In this document: in pieces, positions 52,100 to 64,000 of the stretch | How positions within the stretch are numbered: position 1 is the stretch's first letter | How the letters are laid out: the number at the start of each line of letters is the position of its first letter | DNA from: Octopus bimaculoides | Taxonomy: Eukaryota | DNA: 64,000 bases | Reading direction: 5' to 3' | NCBI RefSeq assembly: GCF_001194135.2 | Contig: NC_068987.1 | Coordinates: 102,011,092 to 102,075,091 of the forward strand | Notes under the pieces: generated by a model | Seen by the model: the letters and a program-made list of their open reading frames with translations, nothing else | Told to the model about the DNA's origin: nothing | Databases searched by the model: none | Program-made: the position numbers and the translations under genes

Positions 52100-52654
52100 C
52101 TCGACTGAGGAAAGAAAACTCCGAATGACCCGTCCATGTTTTCTTTGTATCGTCTGTCTCGATGCTTTGCTGTCCCTTTCTTGTATCACCTAACTGTCTG
52201 GATGNNNNNNNNNNTGTCCCTTTCTTGTATCACCTAACTGTCTGGATGTTTTGCGTTCTTGTCCCATTTTGTATATATATATATATATATATATATAGTA
52301 TGTGTGTGCGTGTGTTCAAACGGGCAACCAGGTTAAAGTGGCTACAAATATTACTTATATATGTTACCATCTTTCTTTTCCTACGCAACGTTCCAAGGAC
52401 TGAACGTTTTCTTTCTCACTCTTCTACTTTCTTTTCAAAGATAATATTTCTTCCATCTTTCGTTATTTTCTACTCATTCTGGCCTAACGACCTCCCATAT
52501 TTGTTTTCGTTCGTTTTCCTTGTATATCTCCACAGTCAAGAACGCAAAACACCCAGACAGTTAGATGATACAAGAAAGGGTCAACAAAACATCCAGATAG
52601 ACGATTCAAAGAAAACAAGGACATGTCATTCGGAGTTTTCTTTCCTCTGTCGAG
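52100..52654. repeat. Long inverted repeat, ~118-bp arms (52100-52261 and 52537-52654)
   Basis: Manual alignment shows about 12 mismatches over 118 nt after removing a 34-bp duplication around the 10-N gap. Confidence 0.9.
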
Positions 52655-52742
52655 TACTGTCGAGATACATCGAGTCTCCCATATGTAGATTATTACATAT
52701 GCGTCGCACTGTCACTCCAGGGAGCAGAGACGCATTTTTAGC

Positions 52743-52802
52743 CTCCTCCCACTGGAGCTCCTCCCACTGGAGCTCCTCCCACTGGAGCTCCTCCCACTGG
52801 AG
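52743..52802. repeat. 15-bp perfect tandem repeat x4 (CTCCTCCCACTGGAG)
   Basis: Four identical units plus a decayed partial unit. Confidence 0.95.
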
Positions 52803-53713
52803 CTCATCCACTGCACTGTTTCAATTTTTTTAGCGTGTATGTGTATGTATGTATATAGACAAACAGATATACAGATATACATATATACATATATATATAT
52901 ACATACTTACATATATATATATATATAAATATATAAATACATGCATACATAAATATATATATTCACCAAGACACACGCACGCACAAGCACATACACCAAA
53001 TTACTTGAGTGAGGTCGATATGTATTTCTTGTGCAAATGACGTTAACATGGTTTCTTATCTCAAGAAAAAAGAAAATAGAAAAGGGAATAAAGGATAAAG
53101 TTGGTGTTTTTATCATCATCTGTTAAAGTTGATATCTACACACAAATATAGTAGGCATTTAACGAGATGTCAAACTTGCAATGATTATTGTATGTAAGAA
53201 TATATTGCAGGGCTGGGACATGAAATCATGAAACACACATAAGGGAGAGTCACATGTGTCACATAAATAATGAGATGATAAATGGATCTGTAATAGTAAT
53301 ACATACATACGTTCATATGAATATTCGTACATATAACACAGTCTCTCACACACACGCAAACACGCGGGCACATACTCACACATGCAATCACACACGCACA
53401 CACACACACACATATATATTGATGTATGTATCTTTGCTCCATATATATATGTATATATATATATATATTTATATACATATATATATCTATTGGTAGATAT
53501 ATATATATANNNNNNNNNNNNNNNNNNNNNNNNNNNNNNNNNNNNNNNNNNNNNNNNNNNNNNNNNNNNNNNNNNNNNNNNNNNNNNNNNNNNNNNNNNN
53601 NNNNNNNNNNNNNNNNNNNNNNNNNNNNNNNNNNNNNNNNNNNNNNNNNNNNNNNNNNNNNNNNNNNNNNATGTATATATATATAGAGAGAGAGATGGGT
53701 GTGTGGAGAAAAG

Positions 53714-53748
<35 letters not shown>

Positions 53749-55129
53749 GTATACACATGTATACATATGTATGTGTGAGTATGTGTGTGTGTGTATGTAC
53801 GTGTGTGTAGGGGTGGTATACGCTCTGTAAGAATTAATAATATTTGTGATAAAGATCACAGAATGTTTAGAATTTCCAATCAGGCGTGACATCTCGTGTC
53901 ACTGTCAACAAGCCATCTTGCTAACACTATGCACGTTGATTTCATCTCCTTGACAAGTAGATAGACAACACCCTGTAAGATGGTAGCAATAACAGCAACA
54001 TCTAAAACAGCAGCAGCAGTTCTTACAGACATATCAGCGGCAGTAGCCTCAGCAGCTAGTTTAGCAGCGATTGCTGTCGCAGCAGCAGCAACACTAGTAG
54101 TGGTGTTGTAATTGATTTTTGCTGTTTTTGTCTGTTTAGTATTTTGTCCCAGTTGTTTACAAATTTGGTAGACGGATTAAGTTTTGTATACTAATTTTGA
54201 AAATGAAATTCATTTTCCCTCTATTCTCATCATTAAAAAGTTATTAGCCTTTAAAATTTGAGTATTTTAGCCAATCAGAAGCGAGTATTTTACACATCAC
54301 CGTGGCGAAAATCTCTGTTTCCATACTAACCAAAGATGCTGCACATGCGCACAAGGAGGACGTTTAACATCTGCAAATTGAAAACTGCTTAGAAATGAAC
54401 CAAAGTAGTGACACAAACTTTTAATCGGTACTACACTTGATATGAAAATTGCAATCATCAAAATTTTGCATTTGCTGAACGCGAACTTTGTCATCTGTGG
54501 AAAATTTTGCTCCAACGCCCTCGTTAAAAATCAACCAGCTTGGACGAAAACCTGATACTGTCTCTTTACGTACATTACAGTAGGAAATTAATGAAGCAGT
54601 CATCCGAAACATAACGCCTCTAAAGGTCCAATCGATATTAGCGAAGAGACAATGATCCATATTATAGATGATTGCCCAAACATTGAGCGATAAGTAGATG
54701 TTCCTCCACCAACACCAAACCAACTCTTAGGATGACTAATACATCCGGTACAAGATATACTCTGAGCAAGTTTTTATTATGGTGCAACTAGATCATGTCA
54801 TGTTGTTAAAAGAAAGTTTGATACTGAACAATACGTAACGGAAGATATTGAGCGTCTTACTGTGCTGTAATTAAAATGTGACTAGTTTCCAAATTGTTTT
54901 TATTTTTCGGCAGAATAACATACTACTAATTCATCTTAGCAACCAGTCATGTAATTGAATCATGATGAGAAACGAAGCAAAATTATATGGCTTGTTTTTG
55001 TCAAATGGTGTAACAGTGGTTGATTGGTCTCCTTTTCATCAGATTTAAATCAAATCAAAAGCCTCTAGAACATATGCAAAAATCATATAAATGCACAACC
55101 ACCTCGAACGAAACAAGAAATCATTCAAT

Positions 55130-55664
55130 TTTTTTTTCCGTATGGCAGTGCTTCCGGAACCTATCCATGGCGTGGCCGTTCATATGGTTTGAGATAGCCA
55201 AGCCGTCGTCCCTATAGAGGGCCGACCTATGTGGGAGTTTAAGTTTCTTGAGGGTACCCAATATGCATAAGCTAACGATGTCAGCGATTTCACCCAGGAG
55301 GAATCGTTGTGGACCAGATTTGACTTTCTGCCATTCATGATAATTCTGATATCAAGATCACTAATGCTAATGTACTGCTCAGCAAAAGTTAGGGCCTTCA
55401 GAAGGAGGGGCTTGGGTATAGCTGGGTGGAAGTCGACAATGTAGGACTGGTTGTATTTGAATGCTGATTTATGCTCGTCACGACGGAAACCAGTTGATCA
55501 CGGATGCACTGGAGTTCCAATGAGTCAACACTGTAGCCCTTCTGATATCGGAGTTGAGAATATCGAGAAAACGTTTGCTAATGATACCCACCTCACTTTT
55601 AGAGGGGTTGATCAGCCTGTATTTGAGATTTGAGAGATGTTGGGTATAATATAGGAGAGGGAGG
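55130..55664 (-). mobile_element. Penelope-like element RT fragment (not in the ORF track)
   Basis: KYRLINPSKSEVGIISK, W..SASVINWF, IVDFHPAIPKPLLLKALTFA, IIMNGRKS...SWVK, EIADIVSL and ALYRDDGLA. Confidence 0.88.
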
Positions 55665-55693
55665 GTAGACGGAAACTGAAAGAAGCCCGTCGC

Positions 55694-55747
<54 letters not shown>

Positions 55748-55914
55748 CTGTGTGTTAGTGTTTATCCCCCACTATCGCTTGACAACCGATGTTGGTATGT
55801 TTACTTCTTCGTAACCTAGCGGTTCGGCAAAAGTGACCGATAGAATAAGTACTACGCTTACAAAGAATATGTTTTGGGGTTGATTTGTTCGACTAAAGGC
55901 GAGGCTCCAGCATG
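55665..55914 (+). mobile_element. SINE family B, 5'-truncated, with internal (TA)n(TG)n
   Basis: GTAGACGGAAACTGAAAGAAGCCCGTCG-(AT)n(GT)n-...GCTTGACAACCGATGTTGG...GCTCCAGCATGG, then a gap. Confidence 0.85.
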
Positions 55915-55929
55915 GNNNNNNNNNNATAT

Positions 55930-56150
55930 ATTTATGTGTTTCCCTTTGTCCTCCCCACCTACAATCACTTGGCAACCGATGTTGGTGTGTATACATCTTC
56001 GTAGATTAGCAGTTCGGCAAAAGAAATGGATAAAATAAGTACTAGGCTTACACAGAATAAATCCTGGGGTAGATTTGTTCGACCCAAGGCGGTGCTCCAG
56101 CATGGCGGGAGTCAAATGACTGAAACAAGTAAATGAATAAAACAATAAAA
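55930..56150 (+). mobile_element. SINE family B 3' half with AATAAA-rich tail
   Basis: GGCAACCGATGTTGG...GGCGGTGCTCCAGCATGG...ATGACTGAAACAAGTAAATGAATAAAAC; diverged from the preceding copy. Confidence 0.82.
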
Positions 56151-56778
56151 AAGAATGTGCGTGTATTGAACATACATTCGAACACTCAAAATAGGCTAGA
56201 AATTACAAATATTAATTTTAAATAAATATCAATTTATCTCAGATATGATGCTGTATTGTCGCTTAATTAAATCTCAACTTATTTATATGAAAGCTATAAG
56301 AGATATGCAGACTTGAATAATATACCAATATAAATATTAACTTCTGTTCGATAAATGAATAATATTGCTATGATATTTGCATATAGTTAGGTATCATATC
56401 AGTTGTGATATCTTCATATGCATTTCTATGATATCAGTTATGATATCTGTATGCATGTTTATGCATGTTTCTCTGATACATTTCAATTAGAAATCCATTA
56501 TTCATTGATACTTGTTAATCTTTATTATTTGAAGGAAGATGCAATATTTCTTGTAAGTCTTACATTTACATAATTCTTACGATCAGCTTAATTATGCCGC
56601 TGAGGTAAGTAATCTAGATTTCGGCTGCAATCTAATACGCATTTATATGTAACATCGGAAACTGCGCACGCAACTTCAGTGAGATGTATTCCGTAAAGTG
56701 TTTATAAGATATATATGTGTGCATGTGTCTGTGAGTGTGTGTGTGTGTGTACGTGTATGTGTGTGTATACGTACATAC

Positions 56779-56832
<54 letters not shown>

Positions 56833-58374
56833 TTGTATTCTTCTTGACGTTTCAGCCGTTAGTTAGGTTATGGCCATGCTGGAGCACTGCCAGTATAGTT
56901 ACACATAATTTTACATATGAATCCATATACGTATGCACACAGAAATGCATCTGCAATCACATATACATTTACACTTGAATACACAGAAATAGTGGCGAGT
57001 GCAAATACACACATAACTATTTATTATCCTGCTTAACAGATAACATAAAAAATATCAAAAGACAAAGATATATAGCAGTTATTTCAAAGCTTAGCGTAAG
57101 TAATGTGTCTGCAGTTATAAAGCAATGATATTTAACTTAACGTATTATTTATCTTTCTTCTCCTGGTCTCTGTCCGTCTTCCTGAAAAATAAAGCACTTT
57201 CTTCAAACTTCTTTGCCATCATCCGGGTTATCTCATTCCTCTGAATTGTGTTACTTGGTGGTAACTATTGCAATACAGTCAACAGAAACAAAATATATAA
57301 AATGCATAACAAAGAACTTTAAAAAAAAACATACCTAAAATGTTTAGAGGAATGGAAGAAAAATGTGATTGTGACTCAGTCAATCTTTTCCCCAGCTAAA
57401 CGTGTTCGGAAGTTTGTTCTGCGAAGGAGTGATGTTTATTTATTTTATTTTTATTTTTTCAGGGATAGTGATGAAACTCTGTGAGTGCTGTAAACAATAA
57501 CGTTAATCCTACATATTAAAAGTTTAGTTACATGTTTAAAAAATCCCATTTGAAAACAACTAATATATCTATGTTGCGCTTAAAAAACAAAGAAGTATAG
57601 TGGAATTTTATTTTATCGCTCAGGAATATCATGAGAGTAACACATTGTCAAATATCTGGCAGTTGGATGAATTGAAATGTAATTAGTATATCTGAGCCTC
57701 TTCGCAGTGCACGTTGAACGCCAATGGGAGGAATAATCTACAGAGTATCAGAACTTAACAGATATTCACGTTTCTGCGCGTTATTGTATGTCAAGAAAAG
57801 TGATAGGAACTGTACATCGGATCAAGAGCACCATAAGTTGTAAATTCCACAGGGATTTTATGGTAAATTATGTGCTTCCATTTATCAGAGAAATAAATGT
57901 GTAGGTCGTGAATTTTTCAGCATAAAAACCATGCAAATTATATCGCAGGAATAATTATGGAAAAGAATCCGAGTTTTGCAGTTGTCAGCGCTACCTTTGG
58001 ATGCAAATCTGATCGAATATTTCAGATGGATCGATATGAATATTCCACGAAGGAATTCCGGGAAATTTAGTAAAAGATCCAATGATACACCACAAAAATA
58101 TTAAGAATTACGCGGTATTACAGAAACAAATTTCTATGCTTTTGTTTTGCAAATGTGATCCTGTTTTGACAAATGTATGGTACGCAGAGAAATATTGGTA
58201 CAAAACGATAGCCCTTTCATTCGCTATTGTAAAAATTACATTTTGTTGAAACTTATACACATCGAACGTACATGCATTAAGTTAATTTTTATTGTACATT
58301 TCACTTAGTTTATATACTACACGCTCTCTCATTCACAGACACACACAAACAAACAAACACACATAGACACACAT

Positions 58375-58530
58375 ACCCTGTCTGTAGATTTCAGGGCTGA
58401 AGAAGTGGATTACATTACTTTCAGTGGACAGTTGATAGTTATTTCATCAGACCTCGAAAAGGTGGAAGTCAAAGCTGGCCTCAGTCGAATTTGAACTCAG
58501 AACGTAAAGTCAGGAGAAAAATCACTAAGT
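58375..58530 (-). mobile_element. SINE family A, diverged
   Basis: GAATTTGAACTCAGAACGTAAAG matches the family A head in reverse. Confidence 0.6.
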
Positions 58531-58689
58531 CCAGTTTGGTAACGACTTTATAATCTCACCATTATATATATTATATTTCATATGCGTGTGTGTATGTGTG
58601 TGTGCACGCGCGCATATGTGTGTGTGTGTGTGTGTGTGTGTGTAGGAGCGTCGTTTCGTGGTTCATCTGTTGCATTAATAATTGTGGTA

Positions 58690-58860
58690 TCAACTAAGCG
58701 GACGATGATTATTCTAGTTGCTCCAGGTCACCCGACTGCAAAAAATGAGGTTGTTTCAACGGACTAGCGTACCATTAAGGGTGTGATCAAATATACATAC
58801 AACACAGAATCCGGGAAACCACCGCCTTGACCCTATGGTTCGGAAAGATCATTCGGTCCT
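58690..58860 (+). mobile_element. Degenerate SINE family C core/tail
   Basis: GTTGCTCCAGGTCACCCGACTGCAAAAAATGAG resembles GTTGCTCCAGTCCACTCAGCTGGCAAAAATG. Confidence 0.45.
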
Positions 58861-59342
58861 TTCCACATACAAACATGCACACATTACATATGTCCGTATA
58901 TATACATATATATGCACCTATATCTATGAATATATAAATGTGCATGCATAAATATATAAATATGTGTACATATATATACATTTATATACACACATCTGTG
59001 TGCTGTGTGCATATGTACACACATTAAATATTCCTATATTAAAGAATAATCATTTTGTAGAGTCAAAGGTATTGTCATTTGCTACATTGAACATTTTCTT
59101 ATTTAAACTTATATTAATTATAATTGTAAAATTTCTTGAATGTAATTTGTATAGAAAGTATAATGAAGCAGCGTTTACTCATCAATCATGATATTGTGTA
59201 TAAATTAAAAGACACGTCAGTGTATATCTCCATCTATTTCTCCCAGAAACAGAAATATGTGTTTAACACACACACAAAACACACACACACGTATATATAT
59301 ACGTGTGTGTATGTGTGTGTGTGTTTTTGTGTGTGTGTATGT

Positions 59343-59381
<39 letters not shown>

Positions 59382-59459
59382 CGCACATANNNNNNNNNNA
59401 TATATATATATATATATATATGCACATGTATACATATATGCATATATACATGCTAGAAA

Positions 59460-61190
59460 TAAATAGTACTGCCTATGTTAACCTTTACTCTCTGTCTGAC
59501 AGGAATCTCTTCACAGTACTTATAAATTACATTTCTGCACAGACAGTATCAAGCAAGTGGGCATGAGCCCGGGACGCGACAATTATGTTTTTCTTGTATC
59601 AGCATTAATTTTCAGTCCGAGGTGACAGCACCCTCAGCTGGTAGGAGGTGACCTAGTGTATTCTTTTTATTAGAACTAGTATGGGGATTAGAGTTTTGAG
59701 GTGCAACACAAAGATTTGGGTGGATAGATTTCTTGAGTTTAAGATTGGATCTATTAATGGAAGCTATAATCGATCCTACATTTGGTGTAGTGGAATACAA
59801 AAGTTTCACAGATTACATACAGATTACATTTTTTAAATAGTTCGGTAATGGTCTAACCTGAAGAGAGAAGGGTGGGGCGAACCATATTATTTCTCACTTC
59901 CTAGATTTTGAATACTTGGTTTCATTATGTTGGGTGGAGTTATACAATTTATACTTATAATAATTGCTAAATGACACATTATTTTTTGGGGCGTTTCCGT
60001 AATTTTTTTTTTTAATATATTTAATTGGTTTATTTAAAGAGAAGGCCATAGTATTAGATTGTGCGTTATTTCTCATAAAGAAATTGGCAATTTTAATTTT
60101 AAATATCGTATCGGGGATATAAAATGTTTTATCTTTGAAACCACATAAATTTAGAGCCTGGTTATAATATGGCGCATGAGTTTTGAATAGATTATTGGCA
60201 GGTAAGTTTGTCATTCTAATAGAAATGTCCGTTAACATGCTATTGAGGGTTGACCTAGGATAATAAGAGAGAATCTTGAAGTACTGAAGGGTTTGGTTGG
60301 GTTTCCTATATGGATGGTGAAGATTAGTATTAAGGTTAAGTGTGACATCCAAGAAGCTGGATACCTTATTATTCATTTCACAAACAATATTTGAATTATA
60401 ATTTTTAAAGAATTTTATCAAAGATTTCTTAGTGAGTTCAATCTCCGGACGGGATAAACTTTTTAGTTGCAAAAAGGGTATCGTCTCTACAGAGACCACC
60501 GGAAATGTTGGGAAAATATCGCGAGAGAAGAAAGAAGCCCACAAGGCCTGTTTTTTGGACTGAGTCATAAGCGCCCATTGTTATATCGTAAAAGTCTGAG
60601 AGTGTGTTTCGAGTCCAGTTAAATCTGAGTATTTTTCTAGCTGCCAAAATTAGGTCTATATCAGATGCAGAAATGATTCCATAGATTCGGACAAAGGTTA
60701 ATGCTTCACCCAAAAGGATGGGTGATATTGATGTAGAGCAATGAGATATATAAAATTGACTGATGTCTGTCGTTAAGGGAGTGCAAGCATGTGATTATGT
60801 CACCAGTAGATTTCCAAAGAGGGAGCCCTACATTATCCTTGACATGGGGTAGTATGCTTTCGATAATTATTTTGCTAATCTTACCTAAGTCAGATTTAGA
60901 GGGACAGATTAACCGGATAGAGGGTTTAGATTGTAAACTGGGCTTATGATACTTCAGAGTAAAATGAGGGATTCTTGGTGAGTATGGTATTGTTCTATTC
61001 AATAGGTTTAAATCCTCTATAAGTTTATAACGTATCTTATTATCCTTCTATGCGTTTGCAGGTGCATGTCAGTAATTAGCTCCTTTAGCATTAAGTGGTT
61101 ATAAGTTTCAAAAGGCAACGAGTAAAGGTCCCTCTTCCTGCTAATACATATAGGTCTTTATAACATCAAATCCTCATTATGACAGTATAT
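59460..61190 (-). mobile_element. Penelope-like element, near-complete RT + linker + start of GIY-YIG, inactivated
   Basis: TLKYHKP, IRLICPSKSDLGKISK, YDITMGAYD, GLCRDD, FLDVTLNL, HPYRKPN, WFAPPFS, LLYSTTPN, NCRVPGSCPL, NVIYK and KVNIGST in correct order across frameshifts. Confidence 0.92.
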
Positions 61191-61217
61191 CAGATGTGAA
61201 CCCTTCAATAATACATT

Positions 61218-61306
61218 CTCCCTGATGAAGGAGGCGGTGTCTAAAATTTGAATAGCATCATCCTTTATTTGTATGATGTACGGTACCCTTGAAACGACAG
61301 TCGGAG
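61218..61306 (+). ncRNA. Type I hammerhead ribozyme motif in a putative inverted PLE terminal repeat
   Basis: CTCC-CTGATGA-AGGAG...CCCTT-GAAAC-GACA-GTC^GGAG. Exact CUGAUGA and GAAA cores, stem I CTCC/GGAG, 2-bp stem III, GUC triplet; stem II is imperfect. Confidence 0.72.
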
Positions 61307-61856
61307 TATCACCACTTAATTCTTGAAATTAGAGTACCTCCATCTAATCACTGGAAACTTTACCTTCCATACGGATTTTAAGCATTTCTTTATTCACCTT
61401 TTCGCGAGGATTTGCACTTCTATTTTTTATGAAACTTTTAATATCTTTTAAGAACACTCTTACATTGTAAGTAAAATGATGTCATCAATATATACCTTTT
61501 AAGATGCTAATATATTTTTATATATTAATATAGTTTTTCTAACCATATACATCTATTATATTTTCATATATTTTTATATCCGTAAATTTTTAACACTTTT
61601 CAATATTTTAATGAGTGATACGTTAAATATATTTTTATGGCAGAATATATGTTGTATTATTATTCTAACTTGTGGAACCTACCGGAATTATACTCTTAAA
61701 TATATATATATATATATANNNNNNNNNNACATACATATATATATACATACATACATATATATATATATAAATAACGTCTTAGGCTGTCTACCAAGCACTT
61801 CACAGCTCTTCTATAAAAAACATAAATGTAACTAGATAGCTACCTACCTACCTACC

Positions 61857-61894
<38 letters not shown>

Positions 61895-61944
61895 CATACA
61901 TACATACATACATACATACATACATACATACATTAATTTATGAT

Positions 61945-62515
61945 AATCTCTCGAGTCTGAGAAAGATGGCTTCGTAACACCGGTTTTATGGCTGAGAAGA
62001 AGCGACGAGCAAATTTCATATCTGCTCATTTTCTGATTTTCATTCAAATCGTGTGGTACACATTTCTCGAGCTTTTTTTGATTTTCCGATCGCATGCAAA
62101 CGGTTTTAGACAGTATTCTGGCTAAGTTCTTTTGCCAGTTCTCGAGTGGTTTCCCGTGGATATCACTCAATGTCGATTTTTAATTGACATTCATCGATGA
62201 CGGATGGGCGTCGTCTACGCTCACGATCTTCAAGACTTAGGTCTCCACTGCAAAATCGTTTAAACCAGATACACGCTGACCACTGATCATTTCTTCACCA
62301 AAAGTTTTGTTGATATCGCGACCAGTTTCAGCTGCTTTACATCCTTTTTTGAAGTTGAATAACAGAATTGCTCGAATATTGCGCTTTAACAGTTCAATTT
62401 CAGCGCTTAAAAATAATCAATGCCAATTTTTTGAAGCATTTAGGTCTCTATTATCAGACAATTGAAAAAAAAGTGTAAAAGAAAATTCAAAGCACTGCGG
62501 TCACGTTGGGCATAG
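61945..62515 (-). mobile_element. Mariner transposase N-terminal fragment (similar to the cecropia/Hsmar1 type)
   Basis: IRAILLFNFKKGCKAAETGRDINKTFG (helix-turn-helix region) and KKLEKCVPHDLNENQKMSRYEICSSLL (WVPHEL motif); the DD34D domain is absent. Confidence 0.88.
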
Positions 62516-63417
62516 TCTTATCTCACAAATCTGTACAGCACATAGGTTTTCGAGGCTGTCATTCATGTAAGACCTGACCAGGCTCGGCTTTTCTTAATTT
62601 TAGTGGTCTTCATGGTTCAAAACGTTGCTTCCTTTTTACTGAACCTGACATATAAATAGACCTACGTAAGTAAGAATAAAGGTATGAGATTCTCCGTGAC
62701 TCGGTTAAGGAGAGTGAACATTCCCCAAAGTGCTGAAGGTAGACTACCAAATCATCAACAGTAAAAGAGATACTATAGAAGAAATGGTAAAATGCAAAGA
62801 GAATCGATTTTCGTCATCTGCTGCACCCTCTTTCCCTCTTTTTCCAAGATAAAATATAACAGTACAATACTTTCGACATCATTGATTCTGTAAACTTAAT
62901 CTCTTCCCGCGTACAAGGAATACATACATAGACACACGCGCGCACACACTCACACACACACACACATATGCACACACATATATGCTCAGATATGCACACA
63001 CACAAACACTCACACATACATATATACATGCAAATGTATATACTATATTTATATATATATATATATATNNNNNNNNNNNNNNNNNNNNNNNNNNNNNNNN
63101 NNNNNNNNNNNNNNNNNNNNNNNNNNNNNNNNNNNNNNNNNNNNNNNNNNNNNNNNNNNNNNNNNNNNNNNNNNNNNNNNNNNNNNNNNNNNNNNNNNNN
63201 NNNNNNNNNNNNNNNNNNNNNNNNNNNNNNNNNNNNNNNNNNNNNNNNNNNNNNNNNNNNNNNNNNNNNNNNNNNNNNNNNNNNNNNNNNNNNNNNNNNN
63301 NNNNNNNNNNNNNNNNNNNNNNNNNNNNNNNNNNNNNNNNNNNNNNNNNNNNNNNNNNNNNNNNNNNNNNNNNNNNNNNNNNNNNNNNNNNNNNNNNNNN
63401 NNNNNNNNNNNNNNNNN

Positions 63418-63461
<44 letters not shown>

Positions 63462-64000
63462 GAGATGCACTGTAATATTTATATATATTTTACGTGATTT
63501 CTCCCCTTCGGTTATAGTTATTATTATTATTGTTGTTTAATTGCCCGCGTTGATACGTTGATGCTCCGTTGATGTGATTCTTGTATGATACAGAAAACCT
63601 CGGGTAATAACTCATCAGTGATTTTGAGTTTTATATATATAGATATACATAATATGTATATATATATAGATATACATAATATATATAGATATATATACAC
63701 AATATATATAGATATACATAATATGTATATAGATATACATATAGATATACATAATGAGTGTGTGTATATATGTATATGCCATAAACAAAATTACTTTATC
63801 GTCACATTATGTGACTGAGGATGATAGACGTATACATATATACATTCACACCTGCAAACAAACGTACACAGATTGATAAACATAATTATGTGGAAATCAG
63901 ATATAACTGATATATCTGTCAGTATATGAATATAAAATACGCATTCCTGTATGCATTTTAATTATATATGCACGTTAACTATATATGGATGTGCCATTCT

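Noticed and set aside
52060-52135. Hammerhead-like pieces (GAAA-TTGC-AAAG-GTAA-TC; CTGAGGA...CGAAT)
   Set aside because: The first lacks an upstream CUGANGA core; the second lacks GAAA and a paired stem II. At best a remnant.
52171-52248. 34-bp direct duplication across a 10-N gap (also 4420-4560)
   Set aside because: Typical overlapping contig ends in scaffolding; probably an artefact.

Overview
AT-rich eukaryotic DNA saturated with microsatellites and broken by many N-gaps, most of them flanked by simple repeats. The SINE families and repeat density suggest a cephalopod (octopus-like) short-read assembly; this is inference. No host protein-coding gene, rRNA, true tRNA gene or CRISPR array can be supported, and most listed ORFs are translated microsatellites or run through gaps. 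The interpretable content is decayed mobile DNA: two tandem R4/Dong-like (restriction-like endonuclease) non-LTR fragments, RTE and Tx1 reverse transcriptase (RT) fragments, three Penelope-like element (PLE) fragments, a mariner fragment, a MULE-like foldback MITE, a possible 62-bp minimal Helitron, and about 20 tRNA-derived SINE copies in four modular families (labelled A-D here). Highlights: (1) two degenerate hammerhead ribozyme motifs, one in an apparently inverted terminal repeat of a PLE (61218-61306) and one in an ORF-less unit between microsatellites (28914-28962); (2) a 118-bp, ~90% identical inverted repeat at 52.1-52.65 kb; (3) retroelements that both target and carry microsatellites. 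Boundaries were read by eye and are approximate.
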